Shown here in pieces: positions 13,025-22,489 of a stretch of 64,000 nucleotides of DNA. Within the stretch, counting starts at the first letter, position 1, and the number at the start of each line of letters is the position of its first letter. The notes under the pieces were generated by a model, which saw only the letters and a program-made list of their open reading frames with translations, did no database searches and was not told the DNA's origin. This DNA comes from Phoronis australis (lineage: Eukaryota > Animalia > Phoronida), in NCBI GenBank assembly GCA_002633005.1, contig NMRA01000003.1, positions 843,452 through 907,451 on the forward strand, given 5' to 3'. The position numbers and the translations under genes are program-made.

Positions 13025-15042
13025 TTCTCTAGTAAAAGAAACAGTTTTAGATGTAACGATTTATTACTTGAAAAGAGATATCAAAGAAGAAAAGAACGGT
13101 AACTGTGCATTGAACTTGTAACATCTCCTGAAAATAGGTTAAATAGAATATTTGATATTGTATTTACCGAGGAATCGGCGCCTGAGTTGCAAACGATATA
13201 ATATTTAGCAATTGAAAACTGAGACAGAACTGTCATATAATTAATAGTCCTGTTCCAGATGTTACGGTTGGGACCTGATTGCATGTTGAGTGTTATTCAT
13301 ACACTGCTACAGTTGTATTACTTTAAACTATTTTCGAAAAGTTTGATGATCGAACCGGCTAACGACGTCGAGTCGACATTGACATATACCTTTTGAACTT
13401 TCAATGTCAGAGGTCACTGCAGAAGTAGTGTGGGAGATGAATACGGAAAACATTACACGGCCGTATTGCACTCGACTGATTCAACGCGTATGGGATAAAG
13501 TTACATGTTACCATAAAATATATTGTGTTTGCGCGTTTAGATTTTACCTCCAGAAGTTCAAAAATCATTTTGAAAAACCCCATGTTTATCTCTGATTATT
13601 TAAAAAAACGTTTGAGTGCGTGTTGAAAGAACATCATTTGTTGTGTTAAAACAACGCTGGTCACCAGTCAAATGGCTTTTAGGATGTTTCAAAGTGACAA
13701 AGATTATTTTTAGTTAACTTGCTTATGGATAGCGTGATACAATCTTTACACAAATGATTGTGGGATAGAGGTAGATCGATCTGTAGGCATCACTTCATCT
13801 AGTGCAGTACATTGCAAGCAGCGCGAAGTCTAATTTATCACAGATGCACCTTACCGAGCATGTTGGCCAGCTGTGAATTGCATGGCTCGTATTCACAAAT
13901 TTAGGCTCTGAAACACCCATCAATTTTCGCTATCCGTATCAAGGTCAATACGCATACTCCTGAAAATTTTAAACACGTCACTGATTGTTTACGTAACATG
14001 AACAACACGAAAACTAAAACAATAGTTTTCGATATGTCCAGGGCCAAAGCAGATTACGTAGGCTTACAGTTTTTTGCAAGACAACTGAACCTACGAGACG
14101 TTCTCGTCATTGCACTAAGCTGTATTAGCTATACGCTAGCAACACAATTGGAGGATGAAATACCAGGCTTTACATGTCTTCGCGACGCTGTGGGAACACG
14201 TTACAAGGGATCGATTACCCGTGCGAAGAACAACGAAAAGTGCCTATCGTGGAAAAGTATTATGGAAAACCCCGCATACACGGATACAACAAAAGCGAAA
14301 ATAAAAGACGTCTACGATTCATGGCCCGAGTACGAAAAACTATCAAGTAAATGCAGAAATCCTGATCAAAATACCAACGGTCCGTGGTGTTTCACTGAAA
14401 GGTCGAGCAACGATGTTGTTGTCACAAGTTGCCAAATTTCTTTGTGCGTCGCTTCTCCCAATATAGGTTGTTTGCAGCACCATAGAGGCACTTGCTATCG
14501 CGGCTCAGAGAACCAAGTCAAGCTCTTTGATGGAACTGTACACACGTGTACTCCTTGGAGTACCGTCATGGAATCTAAGGGTCCTAAACTGAATAGTATA
14601 GTTAAAGACATACAACAAGTTTACAAAAACTGGTCCATCGTAGAACAGGAATCGAACGCATGTAGAAATCCGGACAGACGAAGTGATGGCCCGTGGTGCT
14701 TCCTCTACGAAAACAGAACGCATGGTGCTTACGCGTCTGTGCAAAGTTGTGATATTCCACTATGCAATATCAAGCCTAGGAATACCTGCTTTATCGACCA
14801 ATTCGGATATTATTACACAGGACCCCACAACGTGACAAAGGACGGCGAACCGTGCTCGACTTGGAGTAGTGTTATGACGGATAGTGTATTTGATGAGTAT
14901 GATATAGTAGAAAAAATTAAATTCAAGTACACGAGTTGGTCACAAGAGGAAAAACGGTCAAACGCGTGTAAAAATCCCGACAATAGAAAACATGGGCCTT
15001 GGTGTTTTGTACGGCGAAATAACAGGACGCTAGAACAAGTGA
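13025..15042 (+). repeat. Near-identical duplicate of 7584-8029 + 11344-12931 (upstream region plus kringle gene)
   Basis: Direct sequence comparison; roughly 97-99% identity by eye; junction lies beside the N at 12932. Confidence 0.9.
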
Positions 15043-15683
15043 CGTGCGATTTACAGCTACCGGAATGCCATGAAATAAAGCCACGTGATCTGCTAATAAA
15101 GATGAGTCCACGCATGATGACGTTGAAAGGCCAAGACGTTCGCGTTACGTGCAGTGCTTACGTCGGAGAAAAGTGTGACCTTGAGGCCAAGGGAACAATA
15201 GCTTTCCAACTGCTAAGTACGGATGGGGAAAAGGGAAACATCCCTGACGCTCGCTCGGGCAAACTCGAGTACGATAGCGTCACCAAAAGGATTTCGATGC
15301 AAGTTGTTTTCTCGGGTGGTGATCACTTAGCCGGAACCAAAGTAGTTTGCGCGGTCAGGATGGCTTCCTACGAATCGTCTATTGCAACTAGTGTACTAAA
15401 ATTCAGAGCAATTCGAGTAATCAATTCTACCCGCATTGACGAGGAAGCAGTTCAAGATCAAGCTAGTCATTCTGGGGAGAGACCTGTTGAAACATTAATA
15501 CATGAGGTGGACATCAGTCACAGCGTTAAAAAGGTAATTCGCAATGGTACAAGCAACGAGAAAAGAAACCAGAAAAGATTTGGCGCCTCTGTCGTAGATT
15601 CTGCTGATTCATTCCACTCAGTCCGAGCCGTTGCTACCCTAGTGTTGTACTTGATCATCGTGGCAGTTGTTGGACGCGAATAA
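13998..15683 (+). CDS. Intronless 3x kringle + Ig-like cell-surface protein (561 aa), probable signal peptide and GPI/TM C-terminus
   Basis: Continuous ORF. Hydrophobic VLVIALSCISYTLA precedes three 6-Cys kringles (C..G..Y.G..C..W..CRNPD..GPWCF..C..C). An Ig-like unit follows (GQDVRVTC ... GTKVVCAV), then a C-terminal DSADS..AVATLVLYLIIVAVV. The start codon could be Met1 or Met13. Confidence 0.9.
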   Translation: MNNTKTKTIVFDMSRAKADYVGLQFFARQLNLRDVLVIALSCISYTLATQLEDEIPGFTCLRDAVGTRYKGSITRAKNNEKCLSWKSIMENPAYTDTTKAKIKDVYDSWPEYEKLSSKCRNPDQNTNGPWCFTERSSNDVVVTSCQISLCVASPNIGCLQHHRGTCYRGSENQVKLFDGTVHTCTPWSTVMESKGPKLNSIVKDIQQVYKNWSIVEQESNACRNPDRRSDGPWCFLYENRTHGAYASVQSCDIPLCNIKPRNTCFIDQFGYYYTGPHNVTKDGEPCSTWSSVMTDSVFDEYDIVEKIKFKYTSWSQEEKRSNACKNPDNRKHGPWCFVRRNNRTLEQVTCDLQLPECHEIKPRDLLIKMSPRMMTLKGQDVRVTCSAYVGEKCDLEAKGTIAFQLLSTDGEKGNIPDARSGKLEYDSVTKRISMQVVFSGGDHLAGTKVVCAVRMASYESSIATSVLKFRAIRVINSTRIDEEAVQDQASHSGERPVETLIHEVDISHSVKKVIRNGTSNEKRNQKRFGASVVDSADSFHSVRAVATLVLYLIIVAVVGRE

Positions 15684-15987
15684 GTAGGGAATTGGACCGT
15701 AGAATGCTCCACATCCTTCAAACAAAGGCACGGTACAAAAGAAATAATGTTGTCGTTGGTTCGTATAAGTAAACATAACTAGTGCTGCTTTAATGTATTA
15801 CTCGTATATCACATGCATCAGTTTATGTAAGGCGACAAAAATGTACACATATCACCCTTGACTTACATAGGTTAACCTAAATTGCAAGATAGACTTCTTT
15901 TGAAGCTGAAATTAAAATATCAACGTTCAAAGCTAGAGTTTCAATCACAACCTACCAAAGATGGTGCAACACGTCTGCAGATACAAA

Positions 15988-16339
15988 CAGTGGCGGACCT
16001 AGGATACTATAACGGGGGGCCCAACATATTGCCTCGGGGGAATTGGGCAAAGCGCGGTTGTATGTGCGCAGGTGGCCCGAAAGTTGTGGGGAGCGGGGGC
16101 CGTGGACGCGGATCTTTTGTTCAGGAAATCTATCGGTGGACTAAAAAAAAAGAAAAAAGCGTTAACACGATTCCGTCCGAACCCCCCCCCCCNNNNNNNN
16201 NNNNNNNNNNNNNNNNNNNNNNNNNNNNNNNNNNNNNNNNNNNNNNNNNNNNNNNNNNNNNNNNNNNNNNNNNNNNNNNNNNNNNNNNNNNNNNNNNNNN
16301 NNNNNNNNNNNNNNNCCCCCCCCCCTAAATCGGCCTTTG
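15988..16339. mobile_element. CAGTGGCGGA-TIR MITE spanning the N gap between the kringle genes
   Basis: Starts cagtggcggacctaggata, the reverse complement of the 5050 end; ends aaatcggcctttg; flanks acaaa / acgaa. Confidence 0.6.
16193..16315. other. Assembly gap (N run)
   Basis: Run of n flanked by poly-C. Confidence 0.99.
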
Positions 16340-16540
16340 ACGAAGGTCAATGAAAACCAACATTGATCTTAAAATAAGAACTTAAAATTGTCATTTTAAT
16401 CATGTTCTTTAGATAAAATTAATATTGACGTGAAATACAGAAAAATAAACGCCTTTTGCTTGACAAACACAAAAGAACATTTTTTGTGACGCGATGATAC
16501 GTAATAATGAAAAATCCTGCTCAGAAACCAAGAAACATCA

Positions 16541-17881
16541 ATGTCTTTCCCTGAGAATACAGTTTCAGTCTCTCTTCTTACAAGCCTGTACTTTCTGTTC
16601 TTAATGTTGAACTGTGGGTTCACTGTAGAGTCACCTACGGTGACATGCTTACGAGAACCGCATGGCGTCTGTTATGTAGGATCACTCAATCGAACGAAAA
16701 ATGGATCCCATTGCTTGCCATGGCGCTCTGTTATGGACAGTGACTCTCAAAGACATCTCTATACTGAAAAAATGAAGCATGAATATCACGCGTGGCCTCA
16801 AGCAGAAAAAGACACAAACGCTTGTAGAAATCTCGACAAGCGAGGAATAGGTCCTTGGTGCTTCGTGGTTAATGGTGAAAAAGGTAACGTCACAGCCATG
16901 TCTTGTGAAATTCCTGTTTGCAATCAAACTGTACACGTTACCTGTAAACAAGGACGCCGAGGTTTCGGCTATATTGGTCCTCTGAACTATTCAGCTGGTG
17001 GCACTCCATGCCTAGCGTGGAGAGATGTCATGGAATCGGAAACGTTCGCATCCCATCCCATTGTGAATCGTTCAGCGGCTGAGTATGGCACATGGACAGA
17101 TACAGAAAAGGAATCGAATTTGTGTAGAAACCCCGATTTTAGACAAGAAGGGCCTTGGTGCTTTGTACGACCAAATTTGACAGAAGAAATGAAAGCCCTT
17201 GCCAGAACGATGCCGTTTTTACTGATCAATGTTAAGACGTGTGATATTCCTCAGTGTTATGTTAACAGTCTGACCTATGTTCACGTGTTTAGTGTCCCAT
17301 CGTTTATTGAGCAATTTGGCCAAACAGTTCTTATAAGTTGTGGAATTTTCGTTGGAGAGAAGTGTGAGAGAGATGACAAAGGACACATCGTTTTCCACCG
17401 CTTGCGACAAAATGGCAAGAGAGAGGCTCTCAAAGGCAATTTCAGCAACCTTTCTTATTTAGAACGAACCGGAATTGCATTTGTAGTAGGAAGCATAACA
17501 GTGAACGAAGAACTTGCAGGTGACCGAATAGAATGTTCGGCCCAACTCGGCAATACCACTTTAAAGAACACAACCACAATACCACTTCAAACAGCAACAG
17601 CGGCTACAACAACAATGAGGACGACGATGGTGATGACAACACCAGTAAGTGCTCAAACCACTAAGGACACGACAGTAGGCGAGCTATTTAATGACACAAC
17701 ACCAGCCAACCTTTCTATACTGGATACCCTATCTAAAATGAGAGAAGCCACATCAGGAATTGGTAGTTTACACTACGACGTGATTTCTGTCGCGTTTTCT
17801 GGTTTCTTCACATTCTTTTGGTTTGATTGGTTTCGTGATAGAGCGCTGTCACACAATAAAGAATTCAAGAAACAGATGTAA
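16541..17881 (+). CDS. Intronless 2x kringle + Ig-like + Thr-rich stalk cell-surface protein (446 aa), diverged paralogue
   Basis: Signal peptide (VSLLTSLYFLFLMLNCG); two kringles (CRNLDKRGIGPWCF, CRNPDFRQEGPWCF); Ig-like unit (GQTVLISCGIFVGEKC ... LAGDRIECSA); mucin-like TATAATTTMRTT; hydrophobic VISVAFSGFFTFFWF near the C-terminus. Confidence 0.9.
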   Translation: MSFPENTVSVSLLTSLYFLFLMLNCGFTVESPTVTCLREPHGVCYVGSLNRTKNGSHCLPWRSVMDSDSQRHLYTEKMKHEYHAWPQAEKDTNACRNLDKRGIGPWCFVVNGEKGNVTAMSCEIPVCNQTVHVTCKQGRRGFGYIGPLNYSAGGTPCLAWRDVMESETFASHPIVNRSAAEYGTWTDTEKESNLCRNPDFRQEGPWCFVRPNLTEEMKALARTMPFLLINVKTCDIPQCYVNSLTYVHVFSVPSFIEQFGQTVLISCGIFVGEKCERDDKGHIVFHRLRQNGKREALKGNFSNLSYLERTGIAFVVGSITVNEELAGDRIECSAQLGNTTLKNTTTIPLQTATAATTTMRTTMVMTTPVSAQTTKDTTVGELFNDTTPANLSILDTLSKMREATSGIGSLHYDVISVAFSGFFTFFWFDWFRDRALSHNKEFKKQM

Positions 17882-20800
17882 ACGAATTGCAAAACTCTTA
17901 TTCGCTCAAAATTCTTGACGATCTTCACAGACTTAAGACAGGTGGAAAAGTAACAAATATAGTAAAATTTATTTAAAGTGGGATTAAGATATTTTTAGAT
18001 ATAAATATCAGTCTTAAAACACTGAGATAAGTTTTGTGGCCCTGTTCAATACAGAGAGCGCACGTGTATTTAAAAGACAAAATAATGCAAATTTCGCCCT
18101 ATGGCGATTTAAAACGTACAACGACCAAAACAACGGCCCAATGAAATGTAATTCATCCTAATCCAAAGCAAAATATCGCAGTACCCGCTCGCATACGCTT
18201 AAACCAATGGGTGATTTTTAGGAAGCAAAGGATGTTGATCACGTTAGACTGATGACTCGTATCGCACATGCATTTGTGGCGCGGGGTCTTCGGAAAAGGT
18301 AAAATCCTGGCTCCCCCGTTCAGTTACGCTAGTACCTTACCTCGCTAAAAAGCAAGACTCCGTGAGATATTGCCGTGTACTATACTGAGAACATGTGACT
18401 TTGGCTCGATTTTAGCTAGGTCCTGGCGTTGCGGTACACACGCCAGACTTCAGTGGCCGCCATTGTACGATAGGCTAGAACGCTACGATGATGGCTGCAC
18501 CAGGAGATCCATCTTCAGCGCATGTTTGAGTTGGTGAAAATTCATAGGCAACCAGTGTATGTGTATACGTCACAAAATTGAACGTAAAGTTCCGACAAAC
18601 GCAGTTAGGCCATGACTCAGTGACCGTCGTGACATCACGCAAATGTAGCCAATATGGCTGAAGTCCTTTGCAAGCGTTCAAAAGCAACAGATTCTCTATG
18701 AGGCGTTTTTCAATATTTACCTTACAGAGTCGTGCTATCAAAACGGGAAGCAAACGACTGTTGTACAAAGTGGCATGTCCACGATAACATGTTCGGATAC
18801 TACTAAAGAAAATACCAAAATAAAATTGTGAATGCCTTTACCTTGTGCTCGTTTATTATTAGTAGACACTCGGTAATATAAACCATTTCCATTATGATCA
18901 ATGGCCTAAATCAAACGTTTTTAATAGAAATAATGTTTTTAACACACTCAAATGCTACATTAACTGAGCTGTAATAATCCCGCCTTCCATCACAGAAAAA
19001 TAAGTTTTAATTTACCGATATGAAATTGGTCATAAATAATTCCTTAGTCATATCAGAGGTCCTTTCGGTCTTGGCTTGAACAGAACCGACATTTCGTTAT
19101 TGGTTGTGAGACCAGACTCCACAAGATCGCTCGTCACGGAGGGTCTAACAAAGACGAACACACGACGCCCTGAAGATAATCCTCAGCAAAAGACAAGTGT
19201 AAAAGTTTACATTTGAATGAGCATTTAATATTGTAAATAAATATGTAATATCACAATATGTAATTTCTATGAAACAAACATTTCGTTACAGGAAATTGCA
19301 GCCAAGTCAATGAATATTGCAGTATGTGAAAACAGGGTTGTTATGTCTGTTGGAAAACTCACAATTCTACATAGTTTTGAATTTTCAATTTGTACTGAAC
19401 TTACAAATTGCCACAAGCAGCATAGGCCAAATCATTTCAAGTAAACACACAGTTTGTGTTAATAGCAATGTTTTGACCTTGCCATTTTCAGACATTGCTG
19501 AGAACGAAGAGTATTTTGTGAACTGTCATTGGATCATTTGAGAAAGAAAAAGCGCACTGGGCTTAGAGAAGGCAACTGAATATAAGAGAGTGCAGCACTA
19601 CAACGTCCAACCCCGTTCATCTCATTATGGACAGAGACACACATAAGTTCAAATCTAAAAACAATACAAGACAAAAAATGTACGACCGGTGACTGTATAC
19701 CCAACAAGATAAATATGTGAATACATGATGTCTGCACAAGATTGTGTTTGTTTAGTAAGAGTAAACAGAAGCTTTGTGTATGTGCAAGAACATGCACAAA
19801 TGACATGTTCATCAACTGCAGACATCTTGTGCAGAAGTTTCATTAAAAGTTTTAACCAAAATATTTCGATACTGACCAGTCTTTTGCATCTCACTGAGTT
19901 TCATTTCACCAAAAAAAGACAAAACTACCTTACATTTTTAGTCACATGGATAGTTAAAAATTTGGTTCTGTCATCATAACTTCCCAAGACACAAAAGCAT
20001 TATTCAATAAAAACCAATTGTTGAGATACAATGTGAATCCTGTGGTAGGCAAAAGACAAACTTTCCTACAACTGTTTCAAGCACAACACTAATTTTCAGC
20101 CAAGGGTGTGAGTGAACTGGCCATTGCTGCCCGATTACTTTAAGCGTGTGGTGTATCCTCTATTACTAACTGGCTAACAAGTTAAAACAGCTTGGTTTAG
20201 TATCCCTTTAACAGCAGTCATTGATCATTAACGTAGAATTGCCAAGACCCACATTTGCAATCTCGGGTGTTAGATACAACCTTATACAAACAATTGTACG
20301 ATCTTTAGACAAGTAGGCTGTCAGCAAGAACAGCACTTTTTTTCACTGGAGAAAGGCAAAAGTGTGTTGCACGATTTCAAAACATTAAGCGACACATTAC
20401 TCATTCACTAATTTACATAAGTTGCTCTTAGTTATTTCAAATTCCAGCGTGGAGGTCCAGGCAACTCAACGACCTCCCTCTACATTTTTACTTGGTTATT
20501 ACATCCTTAACAATTGGTGATCTGTTAAATATGTGCCTGCCATATTCACAAATATAACTGAGACAGCAGTCTCAAGAATACACCTGTAACATAATCATGC
20601 CTTAGGTAAAAATCAAAAAATAAATAAATCCCGCACAGAAAACTGCATTTTTCTGACTTACTCCTCTGTACACAAAACTGCGCTTTCTTAAAACCTAAAC
20701 CACTACAAAATAAACAGACAATGACAAAACTTAAATTTACAGCTAATATGTTGTGCCAAATCTGGCCAAAACTAGCTAGAACTTATAAAAAAACTCAATA

Positions 20801-21629
20801 AATTAATCAATATGGTTTCATATACAATGAAAACAATTGTTTTAAAACTTGTAAAACAAGTGATTAATGACACTCAGCTTCAGCCATAATAAAGCTTTGG
20901 TAAAACACCAGACAACAATGCCAAAGTGAGCTACACATTTCTTCAATCTCCAAAAAACAATAGAAAAGACATTTGTGTATCATACAGCATGCTCTAACCG
21001 TCTTGAGCACACTTCTGGCAGCAATTGTAACTAAAATTGCACTGACTTGTGGTGACATCTGTGGCACACATCACCAACCTCTGGAAGGCAATAGGTAGGT
21101 ACTTGTTGGAGCATCATGATAACGCAACATGACTCACATATACCGAAATTCGAAAAATAGACGAACTCTATTATGCAAAATGCACCATATGGCAAATTTT
21201 ACAATCCAGTTTGTGTGCTCTGATGAGCAACCCAAGACATGTATAGTGTACTTACGACCACGTCAAAACATACATAGGATGCTTATGACCATCTCAAAAC
21301 CACTGCTTCTACCATTGGGAACAATGCGCAATTAAAGATTAACCTGTGACCATTTATCGTAAATGTGACCCTGTTAGACCTAGTTATGTCAACTGTGTCA
21401 CAGCATTTTGGTGATTACACAGTATCAACTGATGTCATCAGGCTTTGCTTGAGCAGCATAATTCAATTGATAGCCTACCATCACTACCCTGATTGTAAGT
21501 AGATGGGGACAGCATTGGTTCTGTACGGAAAATTTAAAACTTAGTTAAAAAATATTTGAAGATTACTGTCACAAAATGTCAAGAAAAAAGACTGGCAACC
21601 TTCAGTCCCAAAAAGACAGGATCAGTTTT

Positions 21630-21930
21630 AACATGCTGTAAATATCCCCTTTAAACAGATAATGATTGATTTGGATAAATCTTTTAAACCTCTCCAATAT
21701 GTCACATGGTCAGCGGGACTCCTACACACATTCTATTCTCAATAGGGGGCTAGTTATAGAGAGACACTCATCACTGGGTCATAGTAAGGGTAATTACTGT
21801 TTCTTATCAAATTGCAGGGTTTGAAAGCATTCAGGCTCAATTTTTCCACTTTCTTTTCAGGTAGATGGAAACCATAAATCTGAATAGAGAAATAAAAATT
21901 AGACCATGTGGGTTCTTGAATTTTCAAAAT
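21630..21930. repeat. Interspersed repeat, also at ~34893-35175 and ~36085-36370 + 37581-37615
   Basis: Shared catgct.taaa.atcccctttaaa...tgtcacatggtcagc...gtcacatagt.agggtaatta.tgtttcttatca. Confidence 0.7.
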
Positions 21931-22414
21931 TGGTCAAGTATGAGGGATTTTGTCAACAAAAACCCAAGCCTTGAGCTATTCATGGGAAAGTACTGTTACT
22001 TTCCAGCATGGCTGATCAGCTAACTATACGCATCACTAACTCAAAATAGTGTGCTTGAAAGAATGTGGACAACTCCTGCCCCTGGTCCTGATGGAGGACT
22101 CTACTTTTAAGGACATGCTCACCAGATGAATTAGAACTAAATTTAATCCATCTTCTCCAAAGAATCTTATGACAAAGAATCTTGTTTTGCTTAACATAGC
22201 TCACTATGGAGGCTGCTGTAGAGTGTAGTTACGCTTCATTACACAAATGAAAGGCAATTAAAACTATTTAAAGTAAAAAAAAGACCAGTTCATCACACAC
22301 AATTTCATGCGAGGCAACTTAGGCAACTAAACTGAACTAATTCAAATTATTTTTTGTTCCAAATCTTAAAATGAAATCTAACACTTACGTGCATGGGAAA
22401 CATTTGGATGGAAA

Positions 22415-22489
22415 CTACCACCTGAGGCAGCCTGGCAGAGGTAGGCCGTCATTACCCAAGGGGCAAGGGGCATCCAACCCTGGTGCACC
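22415..22489 (-). CDS. MACIT collagen last coding exon (C-terminal NC domain)
   Basis: ttgtag|GGT; reads GAPGLDAPCPLGNDGLPLPGCLRW*; the two-Cys terminal motif is typical of MACITs. Confidence 0.92.
   Translation of the reverse strand, partial: GAPGLDAPCPLGNDGLPLPGCLRW

Noticed and set aside
12392-17410. Minus-strand ORFs overlapping the kringle genes
   Set aside because: Antisense shadows with no recognisable motifs.
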